This document shows positions 28,726 through 38,556 of a DNA stretch of 64,000 bases, piece after piece. Origin of the DNA: Polyangiaceae bacterium. Lineage in GTDB: Bacteria; Myxococcota_A; Polyangia; Polyangiales; Polyangiaceae. The stretch lies in assembly GCA_044376115.1 (NCBI GenBank), contig JBILLK010000003.1:96001-160000 (forward strand), read 5' to 3'. Position 1 is the first letter of the stretch; each line of letters begins with the position of its first letter. The notes beneath the pieces were generated by a model. The model did no database searches. It worked only from the letters and a program-made list of their open reading frames with translations, and was not told the origin of the DNA. A program made the translations under genes and the position numbers.

Positions 28726-30756
28726 CTACTTGGCCCGCTTGAAGCGGTAGGAGGCCTGTCCAAACTCGATCACCAGTTCGTTGCCTTCAACCCGAAAGGG
28801 CAGGCCACCGCTGGGAGCATCGATCAACGTCAAGGTCTCCTTGTCTCCGTCCTTCTTGTAACCGAACCGACTCTTCCACTCGCCTACGTCCAGCGTTGGG
28901 TAGTCAGTGCCTTTGCTGATCTGGATGGTTCCGAGTTGCGCATTCTCGAGGCGGCCGAGCAACCTTGCGATGACCTCCTCTGGGACTTTGCCAAGGTCAC
29001 CTGCCCGTAGCTTTTCAAGCTGCGTTTTGGCCTCGCTGATTGAGCGGTCGAGAGTCTTCATCGCCCGTGGGTTTTGGTCGAAGACGATCTCCATGAAGCG
29101 CCCCGCGATGGCCTCGAGCAGATCGCTACCACCGCCGTTGGTGAGAATGACGAGACCCATGTTGCGCTCGGGGAACAGAGTGAAGCGGGAGCTAAAGCCG
29201 AAGGTGCCACCGTCATGCGAGACGACCGCGAGGCCGTGCTGCCGCGAAGCCGCAAGGCCGAGGCCATACGTTGCATTGGCTGAAGCCTTCGTCCGTGGCT
29301 TTCTCCGTTCGAGCAGATTGCTCTCGCTAAACACGCGCTTGCCCTCCGGGGTGACGCCGTTCGCAAGCTCGGTCATGGCGTAACGGCTCATGTCTTCGAC
29401 GCTCGCAAAGATGGCTCCTGCTGGTGCATAGGGAACGACGAAGCGCTCGATATCCATTGGCAGAAGTCGCTTCTGCCCCGGCTCGTCCAACAAGGACTCC
29501 GAGTGCGGCCACGCTGCGTCCTTGCTGCCCAATACGAAATTGGCGGTCGTGCGAGTCATACCCATCGGCTCGAAAACGTGTTTCCGCATCGCCTCGGCGT
29601 AGGCTTGACCGGGCTCTCCGGGAGATGCCTTGCGTGCGGCCAAGAAGCCCCCGAGAGCCGTCATCTGGTTTGAGTACTGAAATGTCTCCCCAAAGCCTGT
29701 GGTCGGCTTCTGATCCTTGAAGCCGTCGAACACCATGGTGGGTTTGACATCCTTGAACTCGAACACGAGCTCCAGGTCCCTGCGCGGCATTCCGGTGCAG
29801 GCGCAGAAGGTGTCAGCGATCGTGAGTCGCTCGGTGAAGCTTGGTTCGGCTGTTGAAAAGCTCGGCAACAGCTCCTTCACTTTGGTGTCCCAGCGCAGCT
29901 TCCCATCGTCGACGAGCTTGGCGATCAGCAGGGTCGAGAGGCTCTTCGACACTGAGCCGATCATGAATGGCGTCTTTTCGGTAACCGGGGCGTCGCCATC
30001 CACGCGCTTTTTGCCCACCGCCCGAACGAAGACCTGCTTTCCGTCTCGGACCACCGCCACCGCAACAGCGGGCGCCCCCGTGCGTGTCCTAATCTCGTCG
30101 ATGGCTGCCTCGAAGGCCGCTTTGCGATCCCCTTCCAGGACGTGCGCCTCTCGTTTGGAGAGGTCCTCCTCCTCGACTCCTTTCATAGCGAGACCAAAAA
30201 CGATTTGTCTCAACTGCGCGCCACGTCGGTTGAATGCAGCGGGTGAGCCCTCGAGCAGCGTGGCTACGACCCGCCCGCCGATTCGTCGTGAGTTAACGAT
30301 GAAGATGCGTTCGCCGGGGCTTTGCGGAAGCTGCACCAGCTCATAGATCTCGTCCCACCCGCCCTCGTCCGTCAGCGACTTCTCCTCAGCTGGGCCTGCC
30401 TTGATGCTTCGTTTGAGATAGCTAAGTAGCTGGTCCTTGGCGGCCTCGGCGGAGCTCGACTCAAACGCCAACATGGTAATGGTGAGGTCCCCCTCGGGAT
30501 CGGTGGCTGTCATACCTCCCGTGCGCGGCTCGAGTCTCCAACCTGCGGGGATGGTGACCTTTGCGTCCTCGGCGAGTGCCAGTTCTCTTTCCGCAGGAAC
30601 GACCTCGGCCGGCCCCAGCACCTTGCCGAACTCCGGCTTGGCCGCCTCGGTCGTAACCTCGTTCGACGTGGGTGTCTGTTCAACTGGCGTGTTCGCCTGG
30701 GTGGCAGAGCAACCCGTCAGTACGAGTAGCCAGCTACCAATCAACGAGTGTCGCAT
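28726..30756 (-). CDS. Serine hydrolase (beta-lactamase/AmpC-like family) lipoprotein
   Basis: Lipobox LVLTGC; SxxK (FMIGSVSK), FQYSN, SHDGGTFGF. SD-like GGAAAGG upstream of ATG 30756. Confidence 0.88.
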   Translation of the reverse strand: MRHSLIGSWLLVLTGCSATQANTPVEQTPTSNEVTTEAAKPEFGKVLGPAEVVPAERELALAEDAKVTIPAGWRLEPRTGGMTATDPEGDLTITMLAFESSSAEAAKDQLLSYLKRSIKAGPAEEKSLTDEGGWDEIYELVQLPQSPGERIFIVNSRRIGGRVVATLLEGSPAAFNRRGAQLRQIVFGLAMKGVEEEDLSKREAHVLEGDRKAAFEAAIDEIRTRTGAPAVAVAVVRDGKQVFVRAVGKKRVDGDAPVTEKTPFMIGSVSKSLSTLLIAKLVDDGKLRWDTKVKELLPSFSTAEPSFTERLTIADTFCACTGMPRRDLELVFEFKDVKPTMVFDGFKDQKPTTGFGETFQYSNQMTALGGFLAARKASPGEPGQAYAEAMRKHVFEPMGMTRTTANFVLGSKDAAWPHSESLLDEPGQKRLLPMDIERFVVPYAPAGAIFASVEDMSRYAMTELANGVTPEGKRVFSESNLLERRKPRTKASANATYGLGLAASRQHGLAVVSHDGGTFGFSSRFTLFPERNMGLVILTNGGGSDLLEAIAGRFMEIVFDQNPRAMKTLDRSISEAKTQLEKLRAGDLGKVPEEVIARLLGRLENAQLGTIQISKGTDYPTLDVGEWKSRFGYKKDGDKETLTLIDAPSGGLPFRVEGNELVIEFGQASYRFKRAK

Positions 30757-31002
30757 GCATCGTCCTTTCCAAGTGCGAAGTGAGCACAGCGTCTTCGCTT
30801 CAGCGAGCATCATTCTTTCGGTTCCTCGGTCTATTTTTTGAGCTCGCGAGCGGCCAGGCACCCGGACGGTCTTGGCTTGCGACACTGTGCTTACGCTAGT
30901 CGCGCGTACTGGCGAAACATCACACCCTTAAGCAGTTTTTTTCACCGACCCGGAGTTTGCGAGAGCGTTGTTTCCGTAGGGCAGCGTGATACGAAGGCCT
31001 TT

Positions 31003-32070
31003 GTGAAGACGATTATTCGAGAGCTTCGCCCTGAGGACGTGGGTAAGTACGCCGATCTATGCGAGGCCCGAGACGGTCTCGATCGAAAGGGCGCAGAGGA
31101 GCGCGCGCAGCAGGTCGCGTTCATGGCCTTCGAGAATCCCACCAAGGACGGTCAACCCCACTACTTCGTCGCCGAGACTGGTGACCGACTAACCGGCCAC
31201 ATGGGGCGTATGCCCACCTGGTTCTGGGTGGACGGAAAGAAGCACCTCGCTACCTTTGCGCATGATCTTTTCGTCCACCAGGATTTGCAACGCACCGGCC
31301 AAGCCTTCTTCGTAACGATGAAGCTTTATCAAGCCGTTGAGAAGGCGTGCGCGAGCTTCTGTGCGATGGTTTGGACCAACCAGATCAATATCGAGCTCCA
31401 ACAATCGCGGAAGTACGATCAGCTATGGGTGCATCGCTACGTGCACTTACTTCGAGCAGACACTCAACTTCAGCGCATCGAGAAATTGGGACCTGCGCGC
31501 GAAGTCGCCAAGCCGCTTGCGCGCGTCGCACTCAAGGCCGTAGATGACTCACTGCGAATCTGGCACAGGTCTCGGCCGGCGGAGCAGATTGAAACGTTCG
31601 ATCGCAGATTTGACCTTCTCGCAGAGCGCATCGGTCCAAAGATGCGCATCGCGCCCGTCAAAGACGCCGCCTACTTGAACTTCAAGTACGTGCACCGACC
31701 CTTCATCGAAACGGTGTGCTTTGGCTTACCCGGTAGAAGCGGAGAGCTGCTCGGTTTTGTCGTTCTTCGCAAGCTTGGTACTGAGTTCGTGGGGACTATA
31801 TTGGAGCTATGCGCTGATCGTGAAGATACAGCGACGATTCTCAGCTTGCTTCACTGTGCTATTGACTATTACCGGCGAGCTGGCGCCACCTCGGTCGAGA
31901 CAGTAGCCTCGGACCCAGCCTTCATTTCGGCGCTCAAGCGCACGCTGTTTATGCAGCGCATGAAGCTCCCGCTCTTCTTCGCGAACGGGCAAAAGTACTC
32001 GAATCCCGAGGTGCTCCGCCGGCTGGAAGCCTGGCACCATTGCTCCGGCGATTCAGAAGGTCCGTATTAG
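31003..32070 (+). CDS. GNAT-fold N-acyltransferase (two-domain)
   Basis: IIRELRPED, YFVAE...GHMG, DLFVHQDLQRTG; second domain YLNFKYVHRP...LLGFVVLR. Confidence 0.75.
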   Translation: MKTIIRELRPEDVGKYADLCEARDGLDRKGAEERAQQVAFMAFENPTKDGQPHYFVAETGDRLTGHMGRMPTWFWVDGKKHLATFAHDLFVHQDLQRTGQAFFVTMKLYQAVEKACASFCAMVWTNQINIELQQSRKYDQLWVHRYVHLLRADTQLQRIEKLGPAREVAKPLARVALKAVDDSLRIWHRSRPAEQIETFDRRFDLLAERIGPKMRIAPVKDAAYLNFKYVHRPFIETVCFGLPGRSGELLGFVVLRKLGTEFVGTILELCADREDTATILSLLHCAIDYYRRAGATSVETVASDPAFISALKRTLFMQRMKLPLFFANGQKYSNPEVLRRLEAWHHCSGDSEGPY

Positions 32071-32081
32071 CGGCTCACCCT

Positions 32082-32112
32082 GAGCCTCAACTGGCCGGGC
32101 CGGAAGAGGCTC
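32082..32112. terminator. Hairpin between convergent GNAT genes (possible terminator)
   Basis: GAGCCTC(32082-88)/GAGGCTC(32106-12) stem with an inner CTGGC/GCCGG stem; weak U-tract. Confidence 0.35.
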
Positions 32113-32123
32113 CAGTTTCGCCT

Positions 32124-33347
32124 TCATTCATCCGACGATTGAGGCGGCTTTGGGGGCTGCTCGGCGGGTTGCGTAGATTGCATACCTAGGCGGGTCTTGA
32201 GCTGTCCGAGCGCAGCTTTGGCCTGCCGGGTGGCCTCAGTGAGCAGCTTGCGGGACGCGTGGAGGCCTTGCGATCGCAGAGCAGGCGACAAGGCCCGTAT
32301 ACAGACGAGAGTGCGTTCTTCCGAAGCAAGTTGTGACTTGTAGAAATGTGCACCCTCCAAGAAGTCGTACTCTGCGCGACCCTTCCCGATATGACGCTTG
32401 ATGGCATTTAGGTGGATACCAATCCCAGGGCGCACCGTCTTGGGAACATCTAGGCTTCGACCCGACTGGTAGAAGTAAACTCGGCCGTTGTAGATAATAT
32501 TGTAGAGCACTGCGAACGGGACGCCGGCTCGCTCCATCCAGCAAAGCTCTAGCTCAGCTTCGCCGTTCTCAATGAAGGCTCCCATGATGGCCTCGTGGAA
32601 CTTGGCGAACCGAGGCGCGTCGAAAACACCGTCCTTCCCCTCAGCGCGCCAGCGCTGGCGATGAAGGTCGTACAGAATATCTCGACCCTGCTTCAACTCC
32701 GCTCGCGTTGATGCAAAGCGTTCCCCGCCCTCTTTGCCGAGCCATGCCTCGAGATCACGCTGCGTTCGCCGCACAAAATATCTGCGTTGGCCCGGGAGTG
32801 AAGCTAAGTAGCTATCCCAGTCGGCAGGCAGCCGAACGTAGCTTGCGCTATTGATAGGCTCGAGTGTCGTCGCAGCGCCACATTGCTTCAGGGACTGCAC
32901 GAGAGGTGTGAGCAGAGAGTCCGTTTGCAGCAAAGAGGTGAGCAGGAGCTCATCCCACGAGCCCAGCTCCCCCGCGAAGAGCCCGAGCACGAACGATTCG
33001 GCTACGCTAGTCTCAAAGCCCCTCTCAACGAGGATGCCAACATAGGGCGAGCAGATCTCCTCCTCCTGCGCCTCTCCGGTACAGCACAATTCGATCTGCC
33101 AGCTTGGTATTAGGCCGCCGTGCCGCACACGTCTGCGCAGCAGCGGAGCCAGCCCGACCAACTTGCCGTCGCGACGGAAGGTAACAAGCCGTAAGCCACG
33201 CTTGTCCTTGAACAAATCCCACCAGGTGCGAACCCAGGTAGGCGTGAGCGCCAGTTCATTGATCTGACTTCGCTTGAGAAGATCCCGCCACTCGGGAACG
33301 AGCTCAGCAAACGTGCTATGATCTTCGAAGACTTGCCTGACAATCAC
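32124..33347 (-). CDS. GNAT family acetyltransferase, CelD/BcsL (Acetyltransf_6)-like
   Basis: EWRDLL...TPTWVRTWW, GKLVGLAPL, LPADWDSYLASL, LHRQRW, YFYQSG, RPGIG, YDFLEG...YK. Confidence 0.85.
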   Translation of the reverse strand: MIVRQVFEDHSTFAELVPEWRDLLKRSQINELALTPTWVRTWWDLFKDKRGLRLVTFRRDGKLVGLAPLLRRRVRHGGLIPSWQIELCCTGEAQEEEICSPYVGILVERGFETSVAESFVLGLFAGELGSWDELLLTSLLQTDSLLTPLVQSLKQCGAATTLEPINSASYVRLPADWDSYLASLPGQRRYFVRRTQRDLEAWLGKEGGERFASTRAELKQGRDILYDLHRQRWRAEGKDGVFDAPRFAKFHEAIMGAFIENGEAELELCWMERAGVPFAVLYNIIYNGRVYFYQSGRSLDVPKTVRPGIGIHLNAIKRHIGKGRAEYDFLEGAHFYKSQLASEERTLVCIRALSPALRSQGLHASRKLLTEATRQAKAALGQLKTRLGMQSTQPAEQPPKPPQSSDE

Positions 33348-33476
33348 TGCTTGTTGCCTTGAGGCTACTCGCCCGCCCGGCGCACGTATACCCCACGGCA
33401 CATGGCCCTCAAAGTGAGATCGCGGGGCGGAAGGTTGCGGCTGGGGATGGTGGCTGGCTCGCGGTAAGATGACTCC

Positions 33477-35402
33477 GTGTCCGACGTTGTGGAGCAAGGT
33501 GTCCTAATTGGTACCATCGTGGAAGGGCGCTACCGAATCGACGAGGAGGTAGGAAGGGGCGGCTTCGCCACCGTCTGGAAGGCTTACCACCTACGGCTCG
33601 GCATCTCTGTTGCGTTCAAGCAACTGCGACTACCTCTCGCGCTGGAAGCAGACAAGCGGGCACAGGCACTCGCTCAGTTTGTTGAGGAAGCGAGAGTCCT
33701 AACGCGAATACGACACGAGAATGTAGTCCGAACCTACGATCAGGGGTTCCTCGATGGTCTGCCCTACTTGGTATTGGAGTGGTGTGAACACGGCAGCATG
33801 AGGGACTTGCTCGGCCAGCGCGCTGGGGTGCCATTGACGTTAGCGGAGGCGTGGGAGCTCTTGTCGCCTATCGTGCTTGCGGTCGGACAAGCCCACGATG
33901 TTGGCGTCGTTCATCGAGACCTCAAGCCTGCGAACATCATGCTCGTTAGGGATGGGCCTAGGTGGGTGCCCCGAGTGATCGACTTTGGGATCGCCAAGCT
34001 TTGCGATCCAGCAGAACATGCGGGCTCTGGTGCGACGCAGACGCGGTCGGGTAGCAGCGCATTTACGCCAGCTTACGCCGCACCAGAGCAGATGGCGGGG
34101 GCTAGGTCGGGGCCGTGGACTGACATTCATGCGCTCGGTTTGATGTTTGTCGAGCTCGTAACTGGCCAAGACCCCTATCCGGCCACAAGCCTCATCCGCT
34201 CGGTGCTCGACGCAGAGCGTCCCTCCGCCGCCCGGCATGGGATCGACGTCGGCCCCTTCGAGCCAGTGATCGCAAAAGCCCTGGCCTTGCGCCCAGCCGA
34301 CCGATTTGCCTCGATAGCTGAGTTTCACCTTCGACTGACGGAGGCTGCAAAGTCGTCGGGGGTGGGGGCGGGCGCAACCCCAGAAACATCGCTGCTACGT
34401 CTCGAGCAGAATAAGCCAACTCCGCTTCCTTCCCATCACTCGGCCGCCTTTCGTTCGACGGTTCCGTCGGGCCAGCCATCGCGGGTTGGCAGCGTCGTGC
34501 TTCACGATACCGTTCCGGCCACGGCACGGTCGGAGCCTAGTCGACGTCGCGCGTTCATCCGTGCGGGGCTAGGCGTCGGCGCGCTTGCGCTTACCGGCGC
34601 AGGTTTGCTGGTGATGCGCCCCAAACCGCCAAGGGAGGCTATCGCCACAGCAAAAGCGACGCCGGTGGCTCTACTTACGAATGAAGTGATTGAGCAAGCT
34701 CTTCTAAAATACAATATAAAGCACGTTCGTTCTTTGCCCGGTGCGGCTGGTTTGTTATCGGTTCACTTCTTCCATGAGCAGAAAGGCGGCCTGATAGAGG
34801 CTATTGAGCTGCCTTCCCAATCAGCTGAGCGAGAGCAGCAGCTAAAGCTTACAGTCCAAACTTGGTCGGGCCAGTACGGGTTGGCTGTTGGTTGTGTCAT
34901 TGACGGAGGTCGCGCCCTCCTGCTTGGTTGGAAGCGTGGAGCCGTAGCTGAAGGCTTGCTCGATGCGCTCGTGCGGCTTAGCCAGCCAGCCGACTTTCGC
35001 AGCTACTTCTCAGAACCTTTTAGCCAAGCTCCGGCGGTCACCCCTAACACGTTAATCGAGGTAAGCCCGTCATGCCTTCGCGCCAGATTGAGCGATTTGG
35101 GCGCGCAGTTGTCCGATGATGAACCTGGTTCCCCTTACGACCTCCGGTTGCGATTCGGCGGGCAGAATGGTCAGTTGCGAGTGTTCTCTGCTCGACTTGC
35201 TTGGAGTCTTCCGGAGAGCGAGAGCCTTTCTTCGGAGGTTGCTCGCTTGAGCGGTGAGGGAACCCCCTTCTCTTTCGCAGAAGAAGCGGCGGCGGGGATT
35301 ATTGCTACAGGTGGTTCTTTGATTGCGTCGCCCGAGTTTCTTGGCCGTCTATTGGCTGGGACCAACGCGGTAGTAGTGCAGGCTGACCCCCGGCGCCGTT
35401 GA
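33477..35402 (+). CDS. Membrane Ser/Thr protein kinase with duplicated C-terminal domain
   Basis: GRGGFATV, VAFK, HRDLKPAN, DFG, FTPAYAAPE; TM AGLGVGALALTGAGLLVM. Confidence 0.92.
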   Translation: MSDVVEQGVLIGTIVEGRYRIDEEVGRGGFATVWKAYHLRLGISVAFKQLRLPLALEADKRAQALAQFVEEARVLTRIRHENVVRTYDQGFLDGLPYLVLEWCEHGSMRDLLGQRAGVPLTLAEAWELLSPIVLAVGQAHDVGVVHRDLKPANIMLVRDGPRWVPRVIDFGIAKLCDPAEHAGSGATQTRSGSSAFTPAYAAPEQMAGARSGPWTDIHALGLMFVELVTGQDPYPATSLIRSVLDAERPSAARHGIDVGPFEPVIAKALALRPADRFASIAEFHLRLTEAAKSSGVGAGATPETSLLRLEQNKPTPLPSHHSAAFRSTVPSGQPSRVGSVVLHDTVPATARSEPSRRRAFIRAGLGVGALALTGAGLLVMRPKPPREAIATAKATPVALLTNEVIEQALLKYNIKHVRSLPGAAGLLSVHFFHEQKGGLIEAIELPSQSAEREQQLKLTVQTWSGQYGLAVGCVIDGGRALLLGWKRGAVAEGLLDALVRLSQPADFRSYFSEPFSQAPAVTPNTLIEVSPSCLRARLSDLGAQLSDDEPGSPYDLRLRFGGQNGQLRVFSARLAWSLPESESLSSEVARLSGEGTPFSFAEEAAAGIIATGGSLIASPEFLGRLLAGTNAVVVQADPRRR

Positions 35403-37261
35403 TGTTCGACTCGGCCCCACTTCCGCAGCTGCTTGACTCGCGACATCGCCTTGATGAGGTGGTCTCTCGGACTGCGTTCGCTACCGTGTACCGTTCCTGG
35501 CACGTTACGCTCAACGTACCTACCGCTGTGAAGGTTTTGCACCGAGGCGCAACCGATAGGAGCCAGGTCGAGCGCGAGGTGCAGTCGCTGTTGGCGCTCC
35601 GGAGCCCCAATGTAGTGCGTGTTCTTGACTACGGTGTAGTTGACCAGCAGCCCTATCTCGTAACCGATTGGTGTGCTGAAGGCTCTCTCGCCAATCATTT
35701 GGCCAAGAATGGGCCAATGGCGTTGCACACAGTGGTTCGTTGGCTAACTGCGATAGCGTCGGCCATCGCGGAGGCTCACCGGCTCGAGCTTGCTCATTGC
35801 GACATCAAGCCGTCGAACATCATGCTCACCCGGGGAGTGATGGGCCAGCTAGAGCCTCGGGTGATCGATTTCGGCATCGCCCAGGTCTTTCAGCGAGGGG
35901 CGGGCCCACGCGCGGCGGGGTTTTCACCAGCCTTCGCAGCGCCTGAGCAGGTCCTTGGCGAGAGCATAGGCCCCGCGACCGATGTTCATGCGCTGGCGCT
36001 TCTGTTTACAACCTGTCTGCTCGGGCGGAGCCCCTATGGTGAAGAAGCGGGTATTGGCGCTCTTGCGCCAATCCGGCCAACGCCCAAGGCTTTCGGTATC
36101 GATTGCGGTCCATTCGAGGGGCCGCTCGCAAAAGCGTTGGCGCTACGGCCCGCTGATCGATACGCCGACGCAGGGCTCTTTGTGCAGGCTTTGCAGGCGG
36201 CTACTAGCAGTTTTGGCGCTCAGGCGACTGCGCTAGCTCCCATTGCTTTTCAGCCTATTGTTCAGGGACCGCCGGCGGCGGTGCTGACGAGGCCTGCGGT
36301 TCAATCCCCCGGTACGACCCAGCGGCGCGGCAGGTACATCGCTCTTGGTGGTTTGATGCTGACGACGACGGTGGGGCTCGCATGGGCGCTAGTAGTGAAT
36401 CTTGTGGCGGCCCCTGTGAAACGCTTTCAGCATCCGAGCTGGGCCTCGAAATTGGCGGATAGCACGAGACCGAAGCCCACTGTTTCGCTAGCAAGTATCA
36501 CGGGGGAAGATCTAGAGCGTCGGGGCCAACAGGCTGGATTCGTCGTAGTGCCGATGGATGCGTCGAACACAGCTAAGTTAGAGCGGCTGTTGAGCCGGTC
36601 GAATGTTTACTGGTCGGTATTCGTGATGGATAGTGGGGACCTATCCAAGCTCGAGCCGCTTACGCAAAAGCAGCTCGTCATAAGCACGGTTGGCAAGGTG
36701 TTGCTCGGATACAAGGAAGACAGCCACTTCCGCTATGGGATATCCGGCTCACGCGCTTTGGTGCTGCTTGTGTCTAGGTTTCAGGTTGAGTCCAGCGCAG
36801 AGGTCGACGACGTGTTTCAGCGGTTTGCGGGTGACATCGTATTCGAGGTGGTTGGTAGTTCTACCGGCGCCGATCCAGCTGGGCAGGCTGCTGCTCGACG
36901 GGTCCCAGCATGGAGCGCTAAGCGCTTGAGCGAACTTACGCTGGATGAACTGGATTCCAGAGTACGAGCCAGTGACGTTACTGTTGAGCGGCGGAGCTTG
37001 GTGGGCGCTCTTTGGATCGAGTCAAAAGGTGCAAAAGGGACGATTGAGTTCATCAACGCCCGAGCACCCGGCATCGCTATTGGGGGGTTACCGACGCTTG
37101 CAGATCGAATCGCTTCGCTCCGCACAGACGGAAAGCCCTACGCCTACGCTCAAGAGGGTGATGTCGCGGTGCTTGTATACGGAGACCAACCGTTGACTCC
37201 AGCAGAGGTATTGGCGAGCGTGCTCGAGGGTTTGGGGGCTACTGTGCAAAAAGGCCCGTAG
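35402..37261 (+). CDS. Membrane Ser/Thr kinase paralog (degenerate G-loop, HCD) with duplicated C-terminal domain
   Basis: SRTAFATV, AVK, HCDIKPSN, DFG, FSPAFAAPE; TM. TGATG overlap with the upstream kinase. Confidence 0.88.
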   Translation: MFDSAPLPQLLDSRHRLDEVVSRTAFATVYRSWHVTLNVPTAVKVLHRGATDRSQVEREVQSLLALRSPNVVRVLDYGVVDQQPYLVTDWCAEGSLANHLAKNGPMALHTVVRWLTAIASAIAEAHRLELAHCDIKPSNIMLTRGVMGQLEPRVIDFGIAQVFQRGAGPRAAGFSPAFAAPEQVLGESIGPATDVHALALLFTTCLLGRSPYGEEAGIGALAPIRPTPKAFGIDCGPFEGPLAKALALRPADRYADAGLFVQALQAATSSFGAQATALAPIAFQPIVQGPPAAVLTRPAVQSPGTTQRRGRYIALGGLMLTTTVGLAWALVVNLVAAPVKRFQHPSWASKLADSTRPKPTVSLASITGEDLERRGQQAGFVVVPMDASNTAKLERLLSRSNVYWSVFVMDSGDLSKLEPLTQKQLVISTVGKVLLGYKEDSHFRYGISGSRALVLLVSRFQVESSAEVDDVFQRFAGDIVFEVVGSSTGADPAGQAAARRVPAWSAKRLSELTLDELDSRVRASDVTVERRSLVGALWIESKGAKGTIEFINARAPGIAIGGLPTLADRIASLRTDGKPYAYAQEGDVAVLVYGDQPLTPAEVLASVLEGLGATVQKGP

Positions 37262-37330
37262 CGCTTGGCACAACTCCGCTGTTCGGTTCAGCGCCGTCCT
37301 GCTCGGACTGGGTGTGCTATCGGTTTGAAG

Positions 37331-38047
37331 GTGTACACAAAAGATGGCCCTACCTTTGCGGAGCTGATGCGGCAGGCGCTTTCGTCTACCGAACAAGGGT
37401 ACGACTTACTCGCCCCGAAGTTTGAGCAGACTCCATTCTGCACACCCAGCTCAGTGATCGAGCGATGCCTTGGGGACCTCGCACCCGTTGAGACCGCACT
37501 CGATCTCTGTTGCGGTACCGGAGCGGGGCTCGTGGGGCTCCTGCCGCTCGTACGGCAGCGCTTGGTGGGCGTCGACTTCAGCGAGGGCATGCTTCGCGAA
37601 GCTCGCACGAAGGTGGCCCTTCACAAGGGCAAGCAGCCCGAAAAGCTGGAGCTTGTGCATCGGGATTTATACGGATACCCAGCCGCCGGGGAGTTCGACC
37701 TTGTCACCTGCTTCGGTGCCCTCGGGCATATCGAGGAACGCGACGAGCCGAAGTTTCTGTCTCTGGTGAGAAATCACCTCAAGCCGGGCGGCCGATTCGT
37801 CTTCGTGACGACTCGCAGCGCCAGCCCGCTTTCGAAGCGGGCCATCGTTGGCAGGGCTTTCAACGGCGTGATGCGGGTCCGTAACCTGCTGATCAAGCCG
37901 CCGTTCATTATGTATTACCTCACCTTCGAGCTACCGAAGATTGAACGCCTACTCCGCTTCCATGGCTTTGATGTGCATGTGCGTGAGGGCCTTTTCCCAG
38001 CTCCCTATTTAGAACTCGTTCGAGTTACCGCTCAGAGAAGGAGTTGA
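37331..38047 (+). CDS. Class I SAM-dependent methyltransferase
   Basis: ALDLCCGTG, GVDFSEGML, FDLVTCFGALGH, LKPGGRFVF. Start GTG 37331 preferred. Confidence 0.88.
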   Translation: MYTKDGPTFAELMRQALSSTEQGYDLLAPKFEQTPFCTPSSVIERCLGDLAPVETALDLCCGTGAGLVGLLPLVRQRLVGVDFSEGMLREARTKVALHKGKQPEKLELVHRDLYGYPAAGEFDLVTCFGALGHIEERDEPKFLSLVRNHLKPGGRFVFVTTRSASPLSKRAIVGRAFNGVMRVRNLLIKPPFIMYYLTFELPKIERLLRFHGFDVHVREGLFPAPYLELVRVTAQRRS

Positions 38048-38077
38048 CTCGCTCGGAGTTCATGCGACGGTGGCCCA

Positions 38078-38556
38078 GTGCGTATCTTGGAACGGAATAG
38101 CTCGCTATTGATCGGGGTGGTCGATCGCTGCTGGCCGCGGCATGGACAGGCCGCGACCCGGTCGCTGCTGAGGTCGCAACCGCTCTTGAAGTCTGCACAC
38201 ATGCCGCGATGGGTGGTCGTTGGGGCTTGCTTGTTTGTGCTCCGGCGAACTGTCCGCTGCCATCGGAGGCCGTGCGGGCGACGATTGAGAAAGGCATGAA
38301 GAAGTTGGACCCGTACATCGTTGTCGGGGCCACGGTCATTGAACGCGGGGGATTTCTCGGCTCAGCGATGCGTGCCTTGGTCTCCACGCTGCAGCTTTTG
38401 GTCAGGCCGCAGCACCCTGAGTGCACATTCGCTAGCTGCGAGCCAGCCGCCGCCTATCTCCATGCAGAGCTCACGAAGTCACAGCTTGTGACACCGTCTG
38501 TGGTGGCCGTAATTGATGCGTATCACCAGTTGATGAAAGAGGCGCAGTCTCGCTAG
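38078..38556 (+). pseudogene. Myxobacterial STAS/SpoIIAA-like small protein with probable frameshift near 38127
   Basis: Frame A from GTG 38078 (VRILERNSSLLIGVVDR) joins frame B (LLAAAWTG...LPSEAVRATI...ATVIERGGFLGSAMRALVSTL...TF) if one base is restored. Frame B has TAG at 38098 and no start codon before 38209. Confidence 0.5.
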
